Below, piece after piece: positions 45,988 to 56,707 of a stretch of 64,000 bases of DNA (positions within the stretch are counted from its first letter, which is position 1; every line of letters begins with the position of its first letter). The position numbers and the translations under genes are program-made. Source of the stretch: Dudresnaya verticillata (Eukaryota); the NCBI GenBank assembly GCA_977862235.1, contig OZ374559.1, positions 186,001-250,000 of the forward strand, in the 5' to 3' direction. A model generated the notes under the pieces. The model made no database searches. It was not told the DNA's origin and saw only the letters and a program-made list of their open reading frames with translations.

Positions 45988-47230
45988 CTAGATATGGCTC
46001 CACCCATGTATAGCGCTGCAGATTGGTATACCTATAGGTAAGCTCACCTGAACACTTGGATTGTGCAGCGGAACAATCAGAAACGTTGGGCATGGCCATG
46101 TTTTGCATAGGCCAGGAATTCGTTGTTTGTTCTTGAATGTAGGAATTTCTACAAAGGCAACATGAGGAAGACCTGACGCGACCATAGTTTGAACCCCTTG
46201 AGAAACTACTGGAGGCATTTCTGTTCCCTTCGGGAATCTTGCTCCTAGCACGGTGCCACTTGAACCATTTGCAACCCCTAGTGCAGCTGCAATATTGTTT
46301 GTAACATGCACGGGTAGGCCCACTATTATCGGAAAATTGCATGGAGCCTATCGAGTTTGTTGTCACATAATTGGAAAAGGTTCTTTAGTTCAGCGTCTGT
46401 AGAAGGTACAGATCTCTCCGCAGCTTCAAAGTCTTCCATACCTAGAATGAGGGGATCCTGTGGTATTGATCTACCGTGCTCGATTGTACAACTCCAATTT
46501 AAGCTAGTTTTGTCAAGGTTGTTGTGTACTGGAAATGGAAAGATGCCTGTTGTGCATTGCTTGCGTGCTTTCACTATGGTTTTGACGACGACCTCTTGCT
46601 CGCTGTGCAGACACGATACTAGGCGTGTGTTTAGAAAATCTATGTCGTTCTTGGTAGTTTTTCCTATTCTTAGTGTTTTAATGATTTCTGAATATGTACG
46701 GTCTTTATTTTGGGGCATATTTTCGTGGAGAGTGATTATATTGTTAAACGTTCGCCATAGAGTATCCAGCAATTTCGTCTCCAAAAAGGTTGGGCGTTCT
46801 CTCCGATGAGGTAGATTTAAGCTCTTTCGGTTTCTGAAAGAGATAATCTGCTCCTACTGGTGGCAATTGGAAGAAATCTCCTGAAGTTGCAATATGCACT
46901 CGAACTTCTGCGCCAGCAGATGTGTCGATAAATGTCTTGAGGTGCTTAGATGCTCGTGCAAATAGTTTTCGGCTTCTCATGCTGATTTCGTCCCAGATAA
47001 GCATGACACGTTTCAAGCATTTGAGTCGTTGCTCATCTGATACTTTCGCAATGTTTTGTTTTGTTTGCCTGCTCCCGAGTAGCTTTAGAAAAGAGTGTAC
47101 TGTCTCTCCAAGAATTAATGTGGCGGATTTACCTGTGAGAGATACAGCTTTTACAGCATTGGGGTTTCCCCAAGATTTTGCAAGGTATGAAATGGCTTTG
47201 AAGATAGTGGAATTTCCAGTAGGCATTGGT
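45988..47230 (-). pseudogene. PIF1-family helicase fragment, probably Helitron-derived
   Basis: Frameshifted pieces with SLTGKSA...GETVHSFL, LIWDEISM, SGDFFQLPPV, ITLHENMPQNKD..YSEII..LRIG, DIDFLNTR and PVHVTNNI...GVANGSSG. Confidence 0.85.
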
Positions 47231-49012
47231 CGGAGACCTTCTGTGTTTCCGTTTCTTTGTTGTCGATTTGTTCCTTTCTGGCGACGGGTTACAGCGAGTA
47301 CCGCTACTGAAAATTTCACAGAACGCCGCAACGAACGAGGGAAGCGAAAGCTAGATGGCGTCGCCGGACGCAAGGCGCAAAAGATCATCTGAAGATGGTT
47401 GAGCAAGGTGTGCATGTGTCCCGGGAACTGTAGCGGAAGCCGCTGTGATGCTGTTGAAGTATGCAGCCGCTTGAGGCTTTCCGCGCGAAAGCGCACAAAG
47501 TTCGTCGCAAAATGAGACGGGCGCCGTCGAGATTGGGACCGTGAAGCAAGTGATTTGTCACTATTGGGAACCGTTCGACAACGGCCGCCTGTGGCAGCGG
47601 TGAGAAATGAGGCGTTGGCCCAATACCCCACTGGGATTTCAAACTTGCCCAAGACGGGGCCAATAGAAACAGACTTGCTGGATTCGTGGGTTTCTCAGCC
47701 TTAACGAGGGAGCCGTATGAAAGCATCAGCTGCGGCAGAAGTGCTGGCGCACTGTAAGTAATTTGTGCGCATTAAGGTGTAAGACGCCCACGCAAATCGA
47801 TCTGTAAGGCGCGGACAAGCACCCTGCGCTGGGCGAGGCGCCCCGCTGGCGTCCCTGCTGGCACCACATTTGATGGAAAATTGCCATTAGGTAATTTATT
47901 GTGGCCACTCACGCGGTCCGACGCTGTACTACCACTAATCCGTATTTATAACTGACAACAGTACAATTATATTTATAATTACAGCTAGAATAGCTTAGAA
48001 TAGCTCATAGGAGGTAAGAGCATTTTCGGCTCTGTATACTTAATAGGCCTCTGCGTAGCAGGGGCCTCTTGAATAGAACCCACGGTGGGTTTCGGGTCTT
48101 TACTCTTTTTCTGGAATTCACGGACTCACTGTAACCTCGCTTTCAGGTGCTTTACGAGCCTTGCCTCAACACGATGGTTGCTCTGTGCGAGCTGGGTGGC
48201 GCCGCCCCTTTTCCCGCTTTTCCCTTAGGCTCTGTGCCTTTCAAAGTCTCTACCAACCCCTTTTCCCGAGCTACCTAAGCTAGTGTTTGTGCACCGTCGG
48301 GACAGCTGTCCTTGCCGGTTGGCGGGTTTCTGCCTTGACAGGCCATACTACTACAAGTAGGAGCGCAGCGGCGCGTCTTAAATCAGCCAATACAAGATGT
48401 CCAATTGGCGTCATTATAATGCCACGTGTAAACCACGTGTACAGCTGCAAGGCCACGTGTACACACGTGTCACCCACGTGTACAGCGATGAAAGGGCAGC
48501 TGTCCTGATTAAGGGACAGTCTGTCCCGTGAAAAGGAGTGCGCTTTTGTAAGGCCTTCTGCTGACAGCGTCCATACTGCCACACACTGTAACGTTACTTG
48601 CCACCCTGTCCGCGACGCCGAGCGCCGACCTAGCGCGCAGGGAGGAGACTGGTAAGGGGGCCAATGAGGAGGTGCCAAGTAATATGGAGGTGGAGACCGA
48701 TGGCAATAACGAATTTCTATTGGTGGAGAGGTGGGTGGTGTACTTTGTAGTGATTGGCTGAAACCGACCAATGATAAGTTAAAGACAGAAGACACGAATG
48801 GCGTGCCATCACTGTCAAATCATGCACTGAAAACTAAATTTACAGAGCTCCGCTCGCGCAGCTGACGCATCTCGGCGCAGAACAACTGATATGTTGAGAA
48901 GATGAGATCATCTCGTGGCAACAAGCCCGCTGCACCCGCCCCACCGACGAGCAGCAACCCGCACCACCCGGTACCACGTACCACCACCGCAAGCAGTTGC
49001 GCCTCCCACGCA

Positions 49013-50758
49013 ATGCTCTCCTTCGCAGCCCCATTCAGTCCTGCGGCGAAGCGAGCCATCTCCCGCCCAAACCTCTCCACCTCCCGTCGCCGCGCACCTC
49101 GCCCCGCCGCAACACCGCCCGCCCTACGCGCGCAGCGGCGCGCCCCATCCGCCCCACCCGCGCCGGCCACCCAGCCGCCAACACCGCCGCGCATCCCGTC
49201 CGCCTTCCGCAATGCCGCCGTCGTCATCGTCGGCGGCGGCCCCACGGGCCTGGTTGCCGCCATCCTCCTAGCCCATCGCGGTGTCCCCGTCACCGTCCTG
49301 GAGCGCTCCTCCGACTATTCCCGCATCGATAAGCCACGCTCATACGCCCTTACCATCCAGCTGCGCGGTCGCCGCGTCCTCAAGACCATCCCGGGCCTGT
49401 ATGACCACGTTGCACAGGGCGGTGTGCTGTATGGCAAGACTCGCGTCGTCGCCAAGGGCCCCGACCGCGCGGTCTTCACCCGCGAGATGCGTGGCGTTGC
49501 CGTCGAGGGCGATAAAGACCTTAACATCATGCTCACCAGGGCCAGTCTTGCAGAGCGCCTCAAGACCTTTGCAGACCGCTATGACAATCTTACCGTCGTC
49601 CAGGGTGCCCTCGTCACCGATATCCGCGTGCGAGAAGACACCCGCACCGACGTTTGCTTCGAGTCGGCAGAAGGCAAGTCTGTGCTCCCAGCAGACCTCG
49701 TGCTCTCGTGTGACGGGAAGAACTCAGTAGTCACCGCCGCGCTCGCGCGAGCCGCCGAGCTGCCCTCCGCCTCGTTATACAGCGCCAACGGCCTGGGCAC
49801 GCAGACCTTTTTCTCAGGCTCGTCCGGCATACTCATCAAGTCGATTGTCATGAGCGAAGACTTCTTCAGGGACACCCGCGTGGATAGCCTGCTGGAGCAG
49901 TCCACCGATCTCCGCGTGCTGCGGGGCGCCGCCGGAGACCGGCCCGAGCGCGAGCGCTTCAACGCTCAGATTTTCCCCCTCTCTCGCGAGCAGGTGCGTC
50001 GCTTGCAAGGCTACTTGGTCTCCATTGCCGAGCGAGCGGATAACGCCGTCTGGCAACTCAACAGTGTTGAGGACGGATACAAACTTTTCGAGGAAAACTT
50101 TCCCCAAGTGCGGGTGAGGGAATGCATCAAGCGCGAGGATATGGAGCAGTTTATCGCCGCCAAACCGCTGACGACACCACCGGTCATGCGAAGCAAGTCG
50201 CTCGTTGTGCATATGAACACAGTCAACAGTGGCGCCGCGGAAAAGAAGCATAGTTCTGTGGTATTCCTGGGCGACTCTGCGCATTGTTTCCCGCCAGATC
50301 TTGCGCAAGGTCTGAACTCCGCGTTGGAAGACCTCAACGTGTTTTTTAGAGTCGTGGATGAGGCAGACGACGAGGCAAGCATAGAAAATGTCTTGGATTC
50401 GTATGAGCAGACTCGGGAGGCAGATGTGAAGGCGCTGATGCAGCTGGCAACATGCACGAATCCGTATCGATTCCTCCCTAGAAGGGTTGGACGGATTTTG
50501 ACGTTCACAAACTTTGCTCTAAGACGGAAACTTGCAAAAGTGTTGCCGGGCGTGATTCATCCGTCGATGCCGGAAATGTTGTCCTACAACTATACGTATG
50601 CGGAGATTGCTCGCAAGGCCAATATGACTAGCACACGGTTACTTGCTGGGCTGATAGTTGTCGGCACGCTGCTTTCTGCTGCGGTCTTCAAGCTCGCTGC
50701 GTTTGCTCTTCGATTGTGGCGGTGCACAAAGGGCTCTTCTGTAGCAATGAAGCAGTAG
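49013..50758 (+). CDS. FAD-dependent monooxygenase, kynurenine 3-monooxygenase-like, with probable plastid transit peptide
   Basis: Motifs IVGGGPTG, SCDGKNS and LGDSAHCFPPDLAQGLNSALED, plus a C-terminal hydrophobic helix. The N-terminus MLSFAAP... is Ser/Arg/Pro-rich. An alternative ATG lies at 48902. Confidence 0.88.
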   Translation: MLSFAAPFSPAAKRAISRPNLSTSRRRAPRPAATPPALRAQRRAPSAPPAPATQPPTPPRIPSAFRNAAVVIVGGGPTGLVAAILLAHRGVPVTVLERSSDYSRIDKPRSYALTIQLRGRRVLKTIPGLYDHVAQGGVLYGKTRVVAKGPDRAVFTREMRGVAVEGDKDLNIMLTRASLAERLKTFADRYDNLTVVQGALVTDIRVREDTRTDVCFESAEGKSVLPADLVLSCDGKNSVVTAALARAAELPSASLYSANGLGTQTFFSGSSGILIKSIVMSEDFFRDTRVDSLLEQSTDLRVLRGAAGDRPERERFNAQIFPLSREQVRRLQGYLVSIAERADNAVWQLNSVEDGYKLFEENFPQVRVRECIKREDMEQFIAAKPLTTPPVMRSKSLVVHMNTVNSGAAEKKHSSVVFLGDSAHCFPPDLAQGLNSALEDLNVFFRVVDEADDEASIENVLDSYEQTREADVKALMQLATCTNPYRFLPRRVGRILTFTNFALRRKLAKVLPGVIHPSMPEMLSYNYTYAEIARKANMTSTRLLAGLIVVGTLLSAAVFKLAAFALRLWRCTKGSSVAMKQ

Positions 50759-51574
50759 CCCTCGTTGTTCTTTTCTCTGCGACCTCCACGACACCAGAAG
50801 CGGTTGATGTGGGGCAATATTGGGGCATAGCCCGTACCAGTTTTTTTTTCAAAATGAGTCGTCACGTCGCCGACGCGTACATACAGGAACATTGTGCTGC
50901 ATGCGAGCGTCCGCACAAACCATCTTGCAAGCAGGAAATGTTAAGAGGATGGTACTCTGCTGTGATCTGCGCTTGCCGTGCGTGCACTTCTGCGTGATGC
51001 GCAGGGCAAACAGAAGTATCTCGGGAGCACCAAAGCGTGTAGCAGCTGCTCGTCGCGTTGCGCCTTGTCGGAGCTGGTCGCAGCTCATCGCTCGCTCCAT
51101 TGAGCCGCAGACGTTAGTTGCCACAGGATGGCCGGGCGAACGTTCCAGCGCGATGGGGCAAAACGGACGTGCGATTGTTTCTGGCGGAGATGGAGCGGCA
51201 CGGATCCGGATCTTTTGCCGAATTTGCACATCGCTTTTTGCGGTTGGGCGGCGCTGCCGTCGCGCCATGAAGCCGCGAGCAGCCGACCCGCCTTCGTCGA
51301 CGCGCTGCCCGAAGACACATCGGCAGGCCGTGCGTTGCCGTCGGCTCCGCAAGCACGGCAGCCCCACGACCAGGAGCATGGTGAGCACGCTTGCGTTGCC
51401 TTTCCCGCTTGCCCTAAGCCTACCTGCCATTTCATGACCATGTTCGCGCAGTCTACCTCGCTGCTATGCCCTGCACGGCTTCAAGGAACGGCAAGGGTAC
51501 AGCTGGCGAACAAGCCCTCCGTATTCTACTGCAGTAACTGCGGTCCGCATACCCCACGCCTTGTTCCTTTCCAA

Positions 51575-51592
51575 CACACACACACACACACA
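51575..51592. repeat. (CA)n microsatellite
   Basis: CACACACACACACACACA run. Confidence 0.8.
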
Positions 51593-53920
51593 CGCACACC
51601 CGCTGTCACTCTTGCTTTGCTGCCCTTTGCACGAAGCGTTCTGGACCGCCTACGCCGACCGACCCAGCATCTCCGACCGCGGTCATCGACGCCAAGGCAC
51701 AACTAACCTCATCGCGTCTTACATCGCGCACCCCTTGCCTTGCACACCGCACAGAACACACTTGGTATCTGCTTCATGTGGGCCGTGTGAATATTACACC
51801 CGAGGGTAACAGTGATCGAGCAACACTCTGATGTCGACGCCATGCATGTATCGCCATTCGTCTGCTGGGACGCTGCCAGATGGACTACCTGTTGTATCGT
51901 ACAAGGTCGTCGCCAAACCGTTCGAACAGCCGCCAAAGCAAGACAAAATCTCAAGGTTCTTCGTGCAATCATCTCAACACCAAAGCGGACAAGTTGAAAA
52001 GGGCAAGGGCTCACCGCCTGACTCCTATGGATTCCGGCGCTGTTGGCTGATATACGCAATAGTTTGCTTCTACCCCGTCCCAGAGCGGAGAGTATGCGCA
52101 TGCGCACGGCGAGCTACTCTGCTTTGTCCACCATGCCGTCACTGAATGTGGCAATTTGGACGCTATATTCAACCCATGTCACGTTCTGACGACCCGGCAT
52201 GCAAAGTGGGACTCTCAGCATCTCTGTTCTAGGCTCGTTGCAGCAGTTGGACGGTACAAGAATGGTGCTGTGCAAAACCAACGACGCCCGCCCATGAGCA
52301 GCAAATCACCCAAAGCTCACATCGCATTCCGTCGCCATCTTCAATATTTATTCCACCAGCCTGTTTGCTACTTTGATGTGGCTTACAAGATATCGAGCTC
52401 GGAGCGAAGCAGAAGTATTATTTTCTAGGACGCTACGGGCTGGCAATTGGCTTTCTTATACAATCGCGCCGTTCTTCGCTCGTTACGAGGAGCACCAGTA
52501 TCTCAACTGACCAGCAAGATCGCAGGTTGTTAAGTGTGCGAGTGCGATGTAGGTGGTGATATGTTCGAGGAGTTTCTGGCATCGTCCCCGGTATCTTGTG
52601 AGCAGCATCGAAGTCGAAGACATGCGCTTAGAAGAAGAGCTGAAGATGTCGACTGGTAGCCGCACCAGTATTTTGTTTTGAACGTGGTGGTGCGGTGCGT
52701 GGAAAACCGACTCAACAATCCGCGCACAATTCCGGCGTGTGCCGATGCTTCCGAGTACCGCGGAGAAATCGCGCGCCGACGTCTTCTCCAAAAAGTCTGT
52801 GCCTTGTTGCGCCTCCGATGTTTCTAGGCGTGCTGATCAACCCTACTGCAATCGCAATCGCAATCCGCAATTGAAACCGTACCTTCAAAAGCGCCTCCCA
52901 CGCACAAACCCAACCTGACTTATTCAGCTCGTTTGTCTCGAGTCATCCACAAGAAATACAATTCCATCTTTTCCGACAGCCACGCAAGCGCCAGGGCATG
53001 GAGGCAACTCCCCACAGTGCCAGCGCATTATCCAAGCAATCTGCGGTGTTGCCGACGCCAATGATGTGACCGCATCGGCCTCCATGCGGTGGAACAGCAC
53101 CGATGGCGGGCCCGTTCTAAGGTAGCAAGGTGCCGCCTTCTCCTTGAAGTACTGAAAGATGCGAGTGGTTTTGGGTCAAGCCCATTAGCGCTCTCTTCGT
53201 TTCGCTGAGCTCGCTCGCGGTTATCACGTCCGACACCCTAAACGCGCAGTCGTGCCCGGCAGCCACAATGTGTTGCCCGTGCGAAGCTACGCCGCATGCA
53301 TGACTAGATCTTGGATGATGCGAAGAGTTGCCGATTGGTGCTGTGGCCGCCCATGCGGTTGGCGCGTTTTGGAAGGGAGAAACCTCAGCTGCTTCTCTTC
53401 TTCTGCCGCCCGGTGACAAGTACGTTTCCAGCAACGTTCCACTCTTACTGGAGACTCGGCTTTGAACGAAAGGAAGACCCCTTGCTCCCCACGGTTCCTT
53501 TTCGACTCTGGTGGCGAGCACGTGTTAACATGACGAGGTCTGCATTAGGCCGCCTTCGACATATTTCTGGTATTTCTAGCGCATTTCTCAGCGAACCCCA
53601 GACGCATTTACATACGACATGGTGATGAACGCTACAAACGGAGCAAGGCGTGCGTACCCTTCGCTCTTGAACAGTATGTGCACACCAGATGCCAACTTTT
53701 CTACATACCTGTTTGGTGCCGAGGCACCCTCCGACGAAAACACTCGCCGTTAGGAGCGGACAGGAGAAAGGCCATGAGGCCTCGGCCCTAAGGGCGAGCA
53801 AAACATAGTCATGCACCGAATGTGCAACTGAAGCCGAACGGGTGACAAGCTGTGCTCAGCGAATCTGGATGGTATAAGTTTACTTAAGGTCACTGAGGGC
53901 GGAAAGCCAATGGGCGATGC

Positions 53921-55429
53921 TCAACGGGATTTGATTTGAATGTAGTTGATCTGCGCATTGTTGGTCAACCCGGTGAATCGAATCGTCACAGGGCCCGCCT
54001 TCTTCTTTCCGCGAACAGTCTTACGGAAGTTGAAGTCCAGCCCCTTGAAGCAACCCGCCTCCCGGAAGATGTCTAGCTTCTTGATCACAACAGCCCCGTC
54101 AATGGATACATTGAATATCCGGTTGCCACGCTTTGAGCAAAAGTTGGGGAACAATTCCGCAAAGGACAGTGTGATGATGTACTTTCCAGGCTTCAGGTTG
54201 AACTGGTACTGGAAATCGGACCCGAACCTCAGTGACTGTAGCACCTTTTGCGTCGCCGCTTTACTCTTCCCCACCGATGCGCCAGTCGCCGTGGTGCTCG
54301 AACCGGCGATCGACGTCTTTTCAGTCGCCCCAGCGTTGATCTTCACGCTCTTTGTAGCCTTTCCGGCAAAGGGAGTTGGCGACGGCGACGGCACATACCC
54401 TCCGTCTGCCGTCGTCACCTTGATTGCACTGACGGTCGCCATGTTGGTCTTTGCGCTAAACTCAATGACCAAAACGCCAGACTTTCCTACCAGCACCGTG
54501 TCCAAGGTAAGCATGTACGCCTTTCTGCAGCCAGCCCTGGCGAAAATGTCCACATTGTTGACGGTCCTGGCCTGTGCAGGAGAAGTCTTCGCATCACGAG
54601 CGGCCACAGAGAACACGCGCTTGCCAGGGCTACAGTTGGGGACAAAGGCCTCTGCAAAGAACAGCGTGACATCGTAGATGACGTTGCGACGGACCTTGAG
54701 CGTGTATGCAAACTGCATGCTGAAGCGTTGCTTGGAGAAGCGAGCGTTGTTGTTGGCGCCCTTGATGGGGAAAACATTGGGAAACACCCTGGAATCCTTG
54801 GACGCCGCGGCGGGGAGGTCTGTGATGCCGCCGGCATCAATGTCATACACCGTCTCGAGCGCGCCGTCCAGGACAGGGATGAGCTGGAAGTTTGCGAGGA
54901 TAGGGGAGCCCACATTTTTGACGAGAGCGATGACGAGTTTGCCCGACTTGGATATCTGCAGGTTGCGGATGGAGACGGTGTAGGGCTTGCGGCAGCCGGC
55001 GGCGGCGAAAACGTCCAGGTCGGGTTTGGATTCGCTGTTTGCGGAGACGGAGAAGATGCGGCGTTTCTTCTTGCAAGAGCGGCGATCGAGCTCTGCAAAG
55101 CCTAGGATGAGGGTGTAGATTCCTGGCGGGGCCTGGGTGACATAGGAGAAGTCCTTCGCGGAGGATGCGACCGAGCGGAACGCTGCCGGCAGCGATTTGA
55201 GTGTGCTGGTGGTCAACTTGAGCTTGCGCGAGGCGCGCTTCGGGTTAAAGGCAGTCCAGCCCGGGGGGGCTGCGGCTGGCTTGGAGAAGACCTGCTGGAC
55301 GATCGGGGAACGCTTCTGGGCGTGGCTGGGGTGCGCGTGCAGCAGGAGGAGTAGGAGCAGGAGCAGGGGGAGGGATAGTGGTGGTAAGAGGAGCGGTCGA
55401 GTAGAGCGACAGACAGACGGGGGTGCCAT
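53921..55429 (-). CDS. Secreted protein with three malectin-like carbohydrate-binding domains (502 aa)
   Basis: Poly-Leu signal peptide (…PSHA|Q), then three repeats of YxxxLxFAE...C....R(I/V)F(S/N)V...(L/V)D(I/V)F..AGC.K...A.(I/V/L)..I. Confidence 0.88.
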   Translation of the reverse strand: MAPPSVCRSTRPLLLPPLSLPLLLLLLLLLHAHPSHAQKRSPIVQQVFSKPAAAPPGWTAFNPKRASRKLKLTTSTLKSLPAAFRSVASSAKDFSYVTQAPPGIYTLILGFAELDRRSCKKKRRIFSVSANSESKPDLDVFAAAGCRKPYTVSIRNLQISKSGKLVIALVKNVGSPILANFQLIPVLDGALETVYDIDAGGITDLPAAASKDSRVFPNVFPIKGANNNARFSKQRFSMQFAYTLKVRRNVIYDVTLFFAEAFVPNCSPGKRVFSVAARDAKTSPAQARTVNNVDIFARAGCRKAYMLTLDTVLVGKSGVLVIEFSAKTNMATVSAIKVTTADGGYVPSPSPTPFAGKATKSVKINAGATEKTSIAGSSTTATGASVGKSKAATQKVLQSLRFGSDFQYQFNLKPGKYIITLSFAELFPNFCSKRGNRIFNVSIDGAVVIKKLDIFREAGCFKGLDFNFRKTVRGKKKAGPVTIRFTGLTNNAQINYIQIKSR

Positions 55430-55622
55430 TTTGGGACGAAAGTTGGGCTGGTGGTAGCGACGATGGCGATGCGGGTGGTATGGGTGGATGGGTGGGTGCG
55501 GGAGGGGCAGGGGCAGGGGCGGAGCTGATCAGTCAGCGAGGCGGGCGGGGATGGGATATACTGTTCATGTGATGAACATATTGACAGACGGGATGCAATG
55601 CGGAGCGATCTGCGGCGTAGCA

Positions 55623-55660
55623 GGGCTGGCGGGGCTGGCGGGGCTGGCGGGGCTGGCGGG
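55623..55660. repeat. 9-bp tandem repeat (GGGGCTGGC) x4 upstream of the malectin gene
   Basis: Directly visible. Confidence 0.8.
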
Positions 55661-56670
55661 GGACGAATTGCATCTGTGCATCCCATCGCGGGGGCTCGCG
55701 ATAAGCGGGTGGCCACAGGGGAGTGCGGTTGCGGGGGGACAGCAATTGGCAGAGTGCATCGCCAGCGTTTGTGTGAGTGTGACGGTCTGTTTGTTGATGT
55801 TGACAGGAACAGAAGAGCGGGCTGTCGACGGGTGGGGCTGCGAAGACGGGTCAACGTGGAGGCCGGGGCGACGGATGGAGTGACAAGTAGGAGAGTGGCG
55901 AGACGGGGTGGGGTGTTCTGCGACAGTTTCTGATCTGGTGATGCACCGGCTTTCTGACGCGAGGCACACGCACTCGAACGCGGAGTTGTAACGGGTCATC
56001 TTCTAATTTTGTCTCAGTCTCATCATCCGCGTGCTGTCGAGACGAAGATCGGGAGAGCCACCCGTGGCACCCGTGGAACACCACCTCCCGTTTGCGCCTC
56101 ACTCGATTCATCTCCGACTGACTGGCGAACACGCTGTGATGCTGGTGGACCGTTCAAGTTCGAGTGATGAAGCGAGCGAGAGAAGCGCTTTGATGTGTTC
56201 CTGTCAACAGTTGCAGACATTTTTTCCCCGAAGATACGCACGCCGAGTGCTGACATCGTATGTCATTAACGTCGTTATCAGCAGCGACAGGCAGCCTCGA
56301 CCGGTCGACAGGACCGCACAGTCAACGCAAAGAAGCACCAGCCGCGCCCCCTGCCCGTCTCTCCGTCTGTCGGTCGGGCTGTGTCTACCTGTCCGACCGT
56401 TATGCGTCGTTGTTTTCTATTCCGATCAGAATCTGAATATCTTGCCACGACGGCAAGACACAGTCAACCAAATCCCCGTCTCGCTCGCGCTAACTTTAGA
56501 TCCCTTCCAGATTCGTACCAATTGCCAGCCTGGCGAGTCGCACGGGTGCATCCTCGTTACGCATCACGAGACACCTGAATACAAGTACGCGTTGGCCTGT
56601 ATCCGGCGAAATCCGTCTTTTTCATTCGCCTCGCAGCTCTTCGGAGCAAGCTAGCAGAAAGACCGTGGCT

Positions 56671-56707
56671 AGTCTTGACAGGTAGTCTTGACAGGTAGTC
56701 TTGACAA
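56671..56707. repeat. 13-bp tandem repeat (AGTCTTGACAGGT), ~2.8 copies
   Basis: Directly visible. Confidence 0.75.

Noticed and set aside
47920..48300. LTR-like AT-rich then pyrimidine-rich segment (similar segment at ~57590-57820)
   Set aside because: I could not establish paired termini, a TSD or a PBS/PPT.
50800..53850. Many overlapping 60-200 aa ORFs between the monooxygenase and malectin genes
   Set aside because: Arg/Cys-rich translations typical of GC-rich non-coding DNA, with no domains.
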